From: Octopus vulgaris
Taxonomy: Eukaryota
NCBI GenBank assembly: GCA_951406725.2
Contig: OX597824.1
Location: 83,700,001 to 83,764,000 of the forward strand
Direction of reading: 5' to 3'
Length of the DNA: 64,000 bases
The notes below the pieces were generated by a model. That model had not been told where the DNA came from, made no database searches, and saw only the letters and a program-made list of their open reading frames with translations. Positions within the stretch are counted from its first letter, which is position 1, and the number at the start of each line of letters is the position of its first letter. Shown here piece by piece: positions 1 through 62,182 of this stretch. Both the position numbers and the translations under genes were made by a program.

Positions 1-879
1 TGCACATATGTACATACATACATTCATACATACATACATATAAATATAAGTCTGATGCAGACCCTCAGCTTATCAGCCCTGGTCTAACCCATGCCAACAT
101 GGACAACAGATGTTAAATGATGATGATGGTGATATATATATTATTTTTGTGTATCATCATCATCATTATCGTTTAATGTCTGCTTTGTGTGTGTGTATGT
201 GAATTTTTCCTTATCTTGACATATTGTGATTGTTGTAAATGAGTTTCACCATCATATAAACAGTGTCCTTTGTTTCCAGGCCTGCATGGAAACATGTCTG
301 GCCATGGGGGAATGTTACCTTCCTTGCCAGCAGGTAAGGGTTGATGACAGGAAGGGCATCTGGTCATAGAAAAAAAAATCTACCTCAACAAATTCCATAT
401 GACTCATGCAAGCATGGAAAAGTGGACGTTAAAAGGCTGTGATGATGTGATTTAGAGGAAGATTTGACTGCTTTGCCAGCTAGTCAAGTGACCATGTAGT
501 AGCTTGCCTATTGGCTGGTCCAGTAAAAGTGCATAATGTGATAACATCTAGTATCGTATAATGAGATATTCTTTGTTTTGTGTTATAAAATTTTGATTCC
601 CACAACAAAGAAATGAAATCATGAAAGTGCTGGCTTTAAAGAAGTAAAGATATTATTCCTGTTGTTATTGTTGTTGTTGTTGTTTTAGCTGTGGTAGTTG
701 TTGTTGTTGTTAGTGATAATGTTGTTGTTATTGTTGTCTCTTGTAGCCGAGAAAAAAAATAATTTGCTTTGGTTCATTTAAGAAATAAGTAAATAATGGT
801 GGCTTGCATGTTGACTGGATTAGTGCAAAATTTAAATAACATTTCCTATATTGTGTGTGCATGTGTGAGTGTGAGTGTG

Positions 880-914
<35 letters not shown>

Positions 915-915
915 G

Positions 916-1080
916 TACGAGGGGATGCTGAAAAGTTCCTGGCTTTGGGTAAAAGAAAATGTAGGAGGATCAGTTAATTATGATTTTATCTAGCAAATTC
1001 CCTGTTCAGATTCACACACTTATTGTAGTGGTCCTTCAGTTTTTCTAAGCCCTGTAAAAGAACTCGGAAAGTTGGGCCTC
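916..1080. mobile_element. mariner-like terminal fragment
   Basis: TA followed by CGAGGGGATGCTGAAAAGT, resembling a mariner TIR; no partner TIR seen. Confidence 0.45.
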
Positions 1081-1488
1081 CTATCGGGCCTTTTGCGATA
1101 CCATTAAAACTAGTTTCAGTGCCCACTAAGGAAGGAAGGGGTGATAGACGAATAAGGAAGGAAGGGGTGATGTCAAACTGGAGTTGGGATGGTGAACATT
1201 CAACGCTGAAAAGAAAAATCAAACAGCGTTTCAACTCCGTGTGAGTATGTGCGTGTATGTGTGTGCATGTACAAGGGAAGTATGTGAACGTTTGTATGTG
1301 TAATTATTATGTACTTTATTTTATATCTTATTTATATATAAAATACTACAATTAGCCATCATTTTTGACAGCATGGGGCTACCTAGTGTATATATAATAT
1401 ATATCATTGTCATCATTTAATGTTTACTTTTCTGTGCTTGCAAAGGTCAGACAGAATTTATTGAGGAAGATTCTCTATGTCCAGATGC

Positions 1489-1533
<45 letters not shown>

Positions 1534-1624
1534 GAGAGTATTGTAGTTTGCTTGAAGCATTATGTATTGTTTGTGAAATATAACATGTCTTGAATGGCAC
1601 AACAATGCAGAGTGGACTATAATA

Positions 1625-2412
1625 TCTCTCTCTATATAAACGGCAGTTTGTCTGTCTGTGTGTCTGTCAGGTTGTACCCTCACCCTGACCATGGCTCTCA
1701 ACCGATTCTGATGAAACTTGACACACACATAGCCCAATGTCATAATTCAAAACTAACGCAGCAAAAATTTTGAAAAGTTCCCCCAGTTCTGAAAAAAATC
1801 GAGAAATTCGACATGGGGTCGAGAATCAGAAACACAAACCACAGATTGTCTAGGGGACGCAACTCGACCTTTTTAACTCTCAACTCCATCAATATCCAGC
1901 TACTTGAAGCTATTCCTGGTGATGTCCACGTCTACAAATCTATTGATAAGACAGCAGACCCCGCCGAGCTTGCCAATTATCCTGTTGAATTCCTGAATTC
2001 ACTTGAACCGCCAGGCCTGCCGCCACACATCCTGAAGTTATGCTCATCAGGAATTTGGTTCCACCTAAACAGTACAACAGCACACGTCTGGTTGTGAAAC
2101 ATTTGCCACCACATTTAATGACGGTCACAATACTTACCCGTTGTGGGAAGGGAGAGGACGTCTTCATTCCACGCATGCACCTTCAGCTGTCGGGCACTGA
2201 CCTACCAATCCACTTCAGGCGTTCTCAGTTTCCTGTTAAACTCTGCTTCGCAATGTCCATCAATAAATCCCAAGGCCAAACGCTACAAGTCGCTGGGTTA
2301 CAGTTGGGCGAACAGTGCTTCGCCCACGGTCAACTGTTCGTGGGCTGTTCACGCGTTGGGAGGCGCAATGATGTTTTCATGTTTGCGCCCAAAGGGACAG
2401 CTAGGAACATCG
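1625..2412 (+). mobile_element. Helitron remnant: 5' TC end joined to a frameshifted PIF1-helicase C-terminus
   Basis: A|TCTCTCTCTATATAAA...GTCTGTCTGT 5' end. Peptides YPVEFLNSLEPPGLPPH, MLIRNL, QFPVKLCFAMSINKSQGQTL and HGQLFVGCSRV; frameshift near 2040; truncated by a CAT-tailed SINE piece. Confidence 0.9.
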
Positions 2413-3087
2413 ATCATCATCATCATTTAACGTCTGTTTTCCATGCTAGCATGGGTTATATATATATATGTACATATATATACACACACATGCACACACA
2501 CACACACGTATATACATGCAAATATATATGTGACTATATTATTAGTTAGTTGTCCATAAGTCAGAAAAAGGGATGCTTGGTTTGCGTAATGTAAACTACT
2601 TGACAATGTAAGTGAATGTGTGTGTGTTGTACTAACTGAAAGCTGCAGTACCTGTCTTTGTTGAAGTTGTTAATACAATAGCATGAATCTAACACATATT
2701 TTGGATAGATTGCTATGAAAAGATACACTTTAGGTTGGTCCAGGAATGCCAATTCCTTCAGAATTGTTAGATTCAGGCAATTCAGCATATGGTCCAAGTT
2801 AAACTTCACAAAGAAAAAAATGGGCAAAAAAATATACAAATCTAAAACGAAATTTTGCTCAATTTTTTTTTATTATTTTATTTACTGGAAAAATGTTTTT
2901 AATTGAAAAATACTGTGCTAATTTATGTAATTACTGTAAATGAATTATTTCTGTAATCAATAACTTTTCCAGTGATTATTGCAGTGCTTGGGGATACAGA
3001 TTTCTTGGTGGGAAAAAAAAAAAAATAATATAATCAATGACCTTTATCTCGTAAGAATGTGCCCCTATGCAAAATTTCAGTGACCTA

Positions 3088-4837
3088 AGTATTTATATTT
3101 TAGCTTTCTTTAAACAGTCAATATTTTAATGTTCCTTAAATTATTTTCAAGTGAATACCATTACAAAAATTTCTTTTGACATATCCAAAAACTATTTTAA
3201 AGTGAAAATGACTTTAGAAATACAGTAAATATTTCGTAAAACACCCGTTCATAACCACAGTGTGAAATAGTTCCTTTTTTTCCATATGTTTTTTTTTTCA
3301 AGTGCATTCAATGTATATCACCTCCAAAGATTTGGCTGCTACTTCTAGCACGCCTTGCTACCATGTAACAGCTATTTGTGATAAAGGACCCGAAAATACA
3401 TGTTACAACACCATGGAACATACATGGTGCTAGTTACTCTCCGTTATTTCTACTAATTTGTAAGGTAAGGCAGCGAGCTGGCAGAATCGTTAGTGTGCCA
3501 GGTGAAATACTTACTAGCATGTCATCCGTTGCTACCCTTTGAGTTCAATTCTGCTGAGGTTGACTTTGCCTGTCATCCCTCCAGGGTCAATGAAAATAGT
3601 ACCAGTCGAGTACTGGGGGGGGGGGGTTAATGTAATCGACTATACTCCTCCTTCAGTAGAAAGGATTAAAGGTGATGAGTTAGAAGACTCATTAGCACAC
3701 CAGGTGAATTGCTTAGCAGTATTTCACCCATAGGTATTTGTATTTTTTTAGATTTTAATTAATTATATGGTGAAATAAACATCTTCACACCTAAAAATTA
3801 ATAAATAAAAATAGAGTACAGTATTGCATAAAACATTTATTAAAAGAAAATACAGAGTGGCAGGCGCAGGAGTGGCCGTGTGGTAAGTAGCTTGCTAACC
3901 AACCACATGGTTCCGGGTTCAGTCCCACTGCGTGGCATCTTGGGCGAGTGTCTTCTGCGAATGCCTTGTGAGTGGATTTGGTAGACGGAAACTGAAAGAA
4001 GCCTGTCGTATATATGTATATATATATGTATGTGTGTGTGTTTGTATGTCTGTGTTTGTTCCCCTAGCATTGCTTGGCAACTGATGCTGGTGTGTTTACG
4101 TCCCTGTCACTTAGCGGTTCGGCAAAAAGAAACCGATAGAATAAGTACTGGGCTTACAAAAAGAATAAGTCCCGGGGTCGAGTTGCTTGACTAAAGGCAG
4201 TGCTCCAGCATGGCCGCAGTCAAATGACTGAAACAAGTAAAAGAGTAAAAAGAGTAAAGAGAGTGTACCGTAGATGTATAAACAAAAAATCTCACATACT
4301 GTTTGGAAAATGAAACTCGGGAGGTGAATGTGTGCTACCTATAACCCATTGGGTCACTGGAAAACGGAGTTTCTTAGCAACAGAGTTTTGTTTTGTAGGT
4401 TTTTTCTTTTCCAGGTTAGTTCACATGCTTTCAACAAATGTGGCATCAAAATCACGCATAAATGGCTCTTTTCCTTAGAAAAGGAAACATTTGGCTGCTA
4501 TTCTTGCATGCCTGCTACCATGTAACATGTATTTTCGGGTCCTTTATCACAAATAGCTGTTATATGGTAGCAGGGCGTGCTAGAAGTAGCAGCCAAATCT
4601 TTGGAGGTGATATATATTGAATGCACTTGAAAAAAAAAACATGGAAAAAAAGAACTATTTCACACCGTGGTTATGAATGGGTCTTTTACAAAATATTTAC
4701 CGTATTTTTAAAGTCATTTTCACTTTAAAATAGTTTTTGGATTTGTCAAAAGAAATTTTTGTAATGGTGTTCACTTGAAAATAAATTAAGAAACATTAAA
4801 ATACTGTCTGTTTAAAGAAAGCTAAAATATACATACT
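3088..4837. repeat. inverted duplication, arms about 3088-3407 and 4521-4837
   Basis: e.g. GATAAAGGACCCGAAAATACATGTTACA vs TGTAACATGTATTTTCGGGTCCTTTATC; colinear over about 320 nt. Confidence 0.93.
3863..4262 (+). mobile_element. tRNA-derived SINE, family A (representative copy)
   Basis: Head GGCGCAGGAGTGGCCGTGTGGTAAG...GGTTCAGTCCC (A/B-box like), internal TA/TG microsatellite, GTAAAAGA tail. Other copies about 8810-9200(-), 10600-11000(-), 29168-29580(-), 30359-30760(+), 34921-35325(+), 37115-37635(-), 38860-39215(-), 46530-46917(-), 49540-49925(+), 49943-50300(+), 54240-54647(+), 58075-58315(-). Confidence 0.9.
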
Positions 4838-5199
4838 GTACAAACAACTTGCATTTTTGAAATCACATTCACTTAAAAATATTTCTGAATGATTAAGATA
4901 GAAACATTTATTGTAAAAAACAAATCATATTTTTTCGTCAAAAATCACTGTTTAATCGAAAGTTTAGAGTTTCTTCCCTTTCAGGACGAAGTTATATTCA
5001 GAACATTTTCCCATTATGCACCATTTTGGGTATTTATACTCCAAACCCTAAATATCTCAATTACTACTGCTCCAATTTACACGAAACTTGTTTCATTCTA
5101 TTCATATTAACATTTCAGGGTAAACTTAATTCATAGTATTTTCCCATTATGTGCCAGTTTGGCTGAGTAACATTGCAAGCAAGCAAGATTCAAACTGAC

Positions 5200-5490
5200 T
5201 TTTAATGTATTATAGATAAAGTTTCAATTAGGGAGCAAATATTTAATAAAAAGTGGAAGTGGATTGGTAGCACAATTAGAAAAGACACACCAAATGTAGC
5301 GAAAAGTGCTTTACAGTGGAAACCGGATGGATATAGAAAGAAAGGTAGGCCTAAGAACTCGTTGCGTAGATCAACACAAAAGGAACTAGAGAAAGGGGAC
5401 ATTCATCGCAGAGTATAAGTACAGAAGTGAAAAATTATGCGACATGGAATTCAATTATAAGTGGCCTATACTCCACATTGGAGGGTTAAA
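5200..5490 (+). mobile_element. decayed LINE (RTE-like) ORF2 C-terminus
   Basis: KWKWIGSTIRKD...ALQWKPDGYRKKGRPKNSLRR resembles the W.GH..R...R..GRP...W tail of LINE RTs. Confidence 0.65.
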
Positions 5491-6894
5491 GGCAGGAAAA
5501 AAGAAATAGATAAATATATACAAATTATAAAAATAATTAAAAAAATATACAGTAGAGTACTGTTTCTACTTCATGGATTTCCATTTATCAAAGGGTGTTT
5601 TGGAATGTAACACCCACAATAGTCGAGGGATTACTATATTATGATTCTTATTATCACTAATACTCAGGCAGCAAGCTGGTAGAACCGTTAGCAAGCCAGG
5701 TAAAATGCTTAGCAGCATTTTGTCTGTCTTGATGTTCTGAGTTCATATTCAGCCAAGATCAACTTTGCCTCTCATCCTTTTATCATTTGTAGTAGAAGTA
5801 GTAGCAGCATTAAGTTGTTTACGTCACTTTTAAATTTGAAATAGTTTATTTTGAATCCCCCCTTGAAATGAAGCAGCAAATATAATCAATACTGTTTTAT
5901 CACCTGCGAGTAATGTAAATCTCAATAATATTGATTTTTGGCCAATATTTGGCAATTAAGTCTCAGACAACAACATCCACCAATTCTTGTAGGCTGATGC
6001 AATATATCCTCATACAAGCTGTTTGCTTAGTAATCCAAGCACTGGTTCTTCTCTACTGTATAGATTTCATTCTCTGTTCTCTCTCTCTCTCCCCACCTAC
6101 CTTGCCCTCCCCCCCCCCGTCTCATTGGCAGAAAGGGAAGAATCTGGCCAAGTTGTGAAATTGTTGTTGTTGTTGTTGTTCTTCTTCTTCCTCCTCCTCC
6201 TCCGCTCCCTCCCCCTTTTGTTGTTGTTTAATCCCAGGTCACCCTTCATTGAGCGAGCAAAATCTTTTATTCTTTTATTTTTGTTTTGGCTTTCTTTTTA
6301 AGTTTTTCTCTTTTATAAATTTTATTTGTATCTCTATGGTTACTACACCATTCACACAATCAAACAATGGAAATTTACATGGTCACTTGCTTTGCTAGAA
6401 ATAGCAGCTAAACCTCCTACAAATCACCCCTGCCCCCATCACTATCTTAGAGAAAGGAAAAGATGAATTAGATAACGTAGTAGTCATAGATACCTCTTCA
6501 AAGAAATATTGGTCAATGGCTGGAAATGCTTTTGATCATAAATCTGTTCTATCATGGTTTACCTAGGGCTAAACAATGACTGCAACTCATCAAGAAGGCT
6601 GTTCAGTGTTGTCCTCTATCTTTTAAATTTGTAGAGTATTGTGATATGAGGGAGATTTAGTTGCCAATTTTAGCGTGCAACCATTTAGGGGACCCCTACA
6701 TTGGATTGAATAAGCTCTGAAGTGTAATTTTATCCTGTTTGTAATCACCCTACAGTTATTCAGCTTTAAGAGAATAGAAGTAAGACTAAATGAAAGGGGG
6801 GAGTAATAGAACCAATGAAGTATTGTTTCTATTGTACACTATGGTGTGCAAAATGCAAAGGTGTATGACATAGACAAACAACGAAGCATTGTTT

Positions 6895-7480
6895 CTTATT
6901 TCTTCACTGCCCACAAGGGGCTACACACAGAGGGGACAAACAAGGACAGACAAATGGATTAAGTCAATTATATTGACCCCAGTACGTAACTGGTACTTAT
7001 TTATTTGACCCCGAAAGGATGAAAGGCAGAGTCGACCTCGGCGGAATTTGAACTCAGAACGTAGCGACAGACAAAATACCTATTTCTTTACTACCCACAA
7101 GGGGCTAAACACAGAGAAGACAAACAAGAACAGCAAATGGATTAAGTCAATTATATCGATCCCAGTGCGTAACTGGTACTTATTTAATCGACCCCGAAAG
7201 GATGAAAGGCAAAGCCAGCCTTGGCGGTACTTGAACTCAGAACGTAATGGCAGACGAAATACTGCTAAGCATTTCGCCCGGCGTGCTAACGCTTCTGCCA
7301 GCTCAGATTAAGTCGATTATATCGATCCCAGTGTGTAACTGGTACTTAATTTATCGACCCCGAAAGGATGAAAGGCAAAGTCGACCTCAGTGGAATTTAA
7401 ACTCAGAACGTAGCGACAGACGAAATACCGCTAAGCATTTTGCCTGGCGTGTTTAACGTTTCTACTAGCTTGCCACTGGT
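6895..7480 (-). mobile_element. SINE family B, stacked partial copies
   Basis: Core CCCCGAAAGGATGAAAGGCAAAGTCGACCTCGGCGGAATTTGAACTCAGAAC occurs three times here. Other clusters about 16915-17140, 23520-24170, 41890-42400, 44833-45066, 50660-50870, 62555-62950. Confidence 0.85.
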
Positions 7481-7964
7481 ATTGTTTCTTTTAAGTAAAT
7501 TATATTCATGAAACCTCTATGGGAATACTTAGCTAAATTTTCTCCAGAATCACAAACTGTACCCTTGAAACAACATTCATCGTCCCTGCTTGCATGGGTC
7601 AGATGGAATTTGATGATGGTGTTGATAATGATCATGATGACAATGATAATGATGTGGATGAAATATTGATGATGAGGGTTATGTTAAACAATGATGTCCA
7701 TACCACCAACAAGTGACAGTGGTGGTGTATTTGTCAGAGCTGACGTAATGTGAATGAATGGTCTTAAGTTTTCAGCAGTAAGTTTGTCTGTGTCATTCAC
7801 TTTTGCATTTTGTACACCATGGTGAACTGTGACAGAGGACATCAAGTTTTTGACTAAGGCCATCAGATCTGCAGCAGAGATCATCAGACATGTGCAAGAA
7901 GTCATCAAAATGTGCATGAAAGCTGTGACATAAGTCACCATAACATTATTGTGATGATGATGAT

Positions 7965-8275
7965 GATCATCATCATCCTCATCGTTTAACGTCCGTTTTC
8001 CATGCTTGCATGGGTTGCATGGTTCGACCGGGGTCTGGGAAGCCAGAAGGCTGCACCAGGCTCCAGTCTGATCTGACAGTGTTTCTATAGCTGGATGCCC
8101 TTCCTAACGCCAACCACTCCGTTAGTGTAGTGGGTGCTTTTACGTGCCAGGTGAGGCTGGCAAAGTCCACAATCGGTTGATGCTTTTTACGTGCCACCGG
8201 CACGGAAGCCAATCAAGGTGACGCTGGCATCAGCCACGTTCGGATGGTGCTTTTTACGTGCCACCGGCACAGGTA
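7965..8275 (-). mobile_element. SINE family C, (GAT)n tail (representative copy)
   Basis: Core GGTTGGCGTTAGGAAGGGCATCCAGCTGTAGAAAC resembles my recollection of the MetaSINE central domain; internal GTGGCACGTAAAAAGCAC repeats. Other copies about 10305-10580, 13840-14040, 15742-16080, 19572-19970, 29010-29160, 53637-54018, 54695-55050, 57335-57655. Confidence 0.85.
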
Positions 8276-8387
8276 TCACAACTACAATTTCCATTGATTT
8301 TTGATGTTGATGTACTAATGTAAGTAGAATTAATTTATCAAACTTGATATGTTTCTTTTCTTTACATTTTTTTTCTTTTTCTTCAAG

Positions 8388-59000
<50,613 letters not shown>

Positions 59001-59022
59001 GTAAGAACACTATTATTTATTA

Positions 59023-59319
59023 CTAGCAGTATCACCCGGCGTTGCTCGGGTTTGTAAGGGAAATAACTATATAAGCATTTTTAGAGAGTTATAGCAAAAA
59101 AATAGCCAAAAAATGCATTAAAAATGGGAAAAAAATGATGGTAAATTTTTTTTTAAATCGTAGACTCATCGTAGACGCGCGCTAATACCCAGAAGGGCTC
59201 GATATGAATCATGAATATAAGATACCCAGTTTTGGTTAAAGTGCACCGCAAAATGTGGGAGTAGTTAGGAATCTAAGTCGTAGGAGACAGACACCCAACC
59301 TCTCTTTTATATATAAAGA
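59023..59319 (-). mobile_element. complete non-autonomous Helitron, 22 nt after the exon 15 donor
   Basis: minus strand A|TCTTTATATATAAAAG...CCCGAGCAACGCCGGG...CTAG|T. Confidence 0.88.
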
Positions 59320-60016
59320 TTTATTACCTCTACCTTTGCAAAAGCAGAGGTATTGTTTTCAGTTGTGTTTGTTTTCTGTGCACAAGATATCTCAAGAACC
59401 GCTGGATGGATTCGGATGAAACTTTCAGGGATGCTTGACCCTGTGATTGGCATGAACTAATTAGATTTTGGGATTGATCCAGTACTGGACAAGGATTCTG
59501 GATTATTTTTCCTCTTTTTTTACTTAATTTTTCTGAGCGGTCAGGTTCATTTTTAGTATTTGTATTTGTGAGAGCAGTCGAGTTTATTTCAGATATTCTC
59601 ATTCTAAAAATCATTTCTGACTTTGAAAGGCAAAGTCAACCTCAATGAAATTTGAACACAAAATGTGAAGATGGACTACATGCCATCAAGCATTTTTCCT
59701 GGCATGCTAATGATTCTGCCAGCTCGCCGCTTATATAATAACAATAGTAATAGTTCTTTCTAATTTTGGCACAAGTCCAACAATTATAGGGGTAGCAAGT
59801 TAACTGATTATAATTATTGCACTGCTCAACTGGTATTTATTTTATTGACCCCCTGAAAAAATTAAAAGCAAAGTCAACATTGGCAGAATTTGAACTCTGA
59901 ATGTGGAGCTGGAAGCAATGCTGTGAAGCGTTTTGTCTGACATGCTATGATTCAGCTAGTTTTCCAATAATAACTTATTACATTGGCACGTGGCTTAAAG
60001 ATTGAAGTACAGCTGC

Positions 60017-61212
60017 AAAACCCATGCCAGAATTGATCTCACTTGTGATGGTGCCACGTAAAAAGCAACCACATTATAAAGTGGTTGGCATTTGGAAGGG
60101 CAGCCAGTTGTAAAACCCATGCCAAAATTGACCTCGCCTGTGATGGTGTGCCACGTAAAAAGCAACCACACTGTAAAGTGGTTGGCATTTGTAAGGGCAG
60201 CCAGTCGTAAAACCCATGCCAAAATTGACCTCACCTGTGATGGTGCCACGTAAAAAGCAACCACACTGTAAAGTGGTTGGCATTTGGAAGGGCAGCCAGT
60301 CGTAAAACCCATGCCAAAATTGACCTCACCTGTGATGGTGCCACGTAAAAAGCAACCACACTGTAAAGTGGTTGGCATTTGGAAGGGCAGCCAGTTGTAA
60401 AACCCATGCCAAAATTGTGCTCACCTGTGATGGTGCCACGTAAAAAGCAACCACACTGTAAAGTGGTTGGCATTTGGAAGGGCAGCCAGTTGTAAAACCC
60501 ATGCCAAAATTGACCTCACCTGTGATGGTGCCACGTAAAAAGCAACCACACTGTAAAGTGGTTGGCATTTGGAAGGGCAGCCAGTTCGTAAAACCCATGC
60601 CAAAATTGACCTCACCTGTGATGGTGCCACGTAAAAAGCAACCACACTGTAAAGTGGTTGGCATTTGGTAAGGGCAGCCAGTCGTAAAACCCATGCCAAA
60701 ATTGACCTCACCTGTGATGGTGCCACGTAAAAAGCAACCACACTGTAAAGTGGTTGGCATTTGGAAGGGCAGCCAGTTGTAAAACCCATGCCAAAATTGT
60801 GCTCACCTGTGATGGTGCCACGTAAAAAGCAACCACACTGTAAAGTGGTTGGCATTTGGAAGGGCAGCCAGTTGTAAAACCCATGCCAAAATTGACCTCA
60901 CCTGTGATGGTGCCATGTAAAAAGCAACCACACTATAAAGTGGTTGGCATTTGGAAGGGCAGCCAGTTGTAAAACTCATGCCAAAATTGACCTCACCTGT
61001 GATGGTGCCATGTAAAAAGCAACCACACTATAAAGTGGTTGGCATTTGGAAGGGCAGCCAGTTGTAAAACCCATGCCAAAATTGACCTCACCTGTGATGG
61101 TGCCACGTAAAAAGCAACCACACTGTAAAGTGGTTGGCATTTGGAAGGGCAGCCAGTTGTAAAACCTATGCCAAAATTGACCTCGCATGTGATGGTACCA
61201 CGTAAAAAGCAT
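60017..61212 (+). repeat. 95-bp tandem minisatellite, about 12.5 copies, derived from the SINE family C core
   Basis: unit AAAACCCATGCCAAAATTGACCTCACCTGTGATGGTGCCACGTAAAAAGCAACCACACTGTAAAGTGGTTGGCATTTGGAAGGGCAGCCAGTTGT; runs into a normal SINE 3' part at 61213-61350. Confidence 0.95.
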
Positions 61213-61654
61213 TCAGTTCACTCTGCGGAATGGTTGGTGTTTGGAAGGGCATCCAGCCGTAAAAAAACCCTGCTGAAACAGAATAGCCTGGAGTAGCATC
61301 CTGCTTAGCTGGCTCCTGTCAAACTGTCCAACCCATGACGGTGATGATGATACACTGCTTTAGTATTCTACTTGTTTTATATTCAAAGCAGCAAGATCTG
61401 GCATCTCACATCTACTTCACATTGTTATTCTTTCAAGAAACATTCGTATCATTAGAAAATCTCAAAGCCACGAGATAATGGATGATTAATAGAAATCACT
61501 GTGAATAAACAAGCATTACATTTGACAAAGAAATCCGAATGCTGAAGGGTAAAATTCACTTTGAATTTATTTCATGTGGTGTCTAAACTGTAGTGGAATT
61601 GTCTCAGTGGCCATGTTGCTATTTTATAACAAAAAAAATCTTGCTGCTGCTGCT

Positions 61655-62182
61655 GCTTCTTCTTCTTCTTCTTCTTCTTTTTCTTCTTCTTCTTCTTCTT
61701 CAGTCTTCTTCTTCTTCTTCTTCTTCTTCTTCTTCTTCTTCTTCTTCTTCTTCTTCTTCTTCTTCTTCTTCTTCTTCTTCTTCTTCTTCTTCTTCTTTTC
61801 TTCTTCTTCTTCTTCTTCAGTCTTCTTCTTCTTCTTCTTCTTCTTCTTCTTCTTCTTCTTCTTCTTCTTCTTCTTCTTCTTCTTCTTCTTCTTCTTCTTC
61901 TTCTTCTTCTTCTTCTTCTTCTTCTTCAGTCTTCTTCTTCTTCAGTCTTTTTCTTCTTCAGTCTTCTTCTTCTTCAGTCTTCTTCTTCTTCAGTCTTTTT
62001 CTTCTTCAGTCTTCTTCTTCTTCAGTCTTCTTCTTCTCCTTCTTCAGTCTTCTTCTTCTTCTTCTTCTTCTTCTTCTTCTTCTTCTTCTTCTCCTTCTCC
62101 GTCTTCTCCATCTTCTCCTTTTCCTCCTTGTCCTCCTCCTCCATCGTCGTCTTCTTCTCCTCTTCCTCCTCCTCCTCCTCTC
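61655..62182. repeat. (TTC)n/(GAA)n array with CAGT interruptions, about 500 bp
   Basis: direct reading. Confidence 0.95.

Noticed and set aside
2040-2549. host PIF1 helicase gene
   Set aside because: Intronless, frameshifted, partial and preceded by a Helitron 5' terminus.
1-8387. upstream dynein exons or a separate gene (ORFs 2561-2839, 5931-6301, 7684-7941)
   Set aside because: No dynein-like or other recognisable motifs and no convincing splice pairs; a short divergent exon cannot be excluded by eye.
60017-61212. CRISPR-like regular array
   Set aside because: Units are identical end to end with no unique spacers, there are no cas genes, and the context is a eukaryotic intron.
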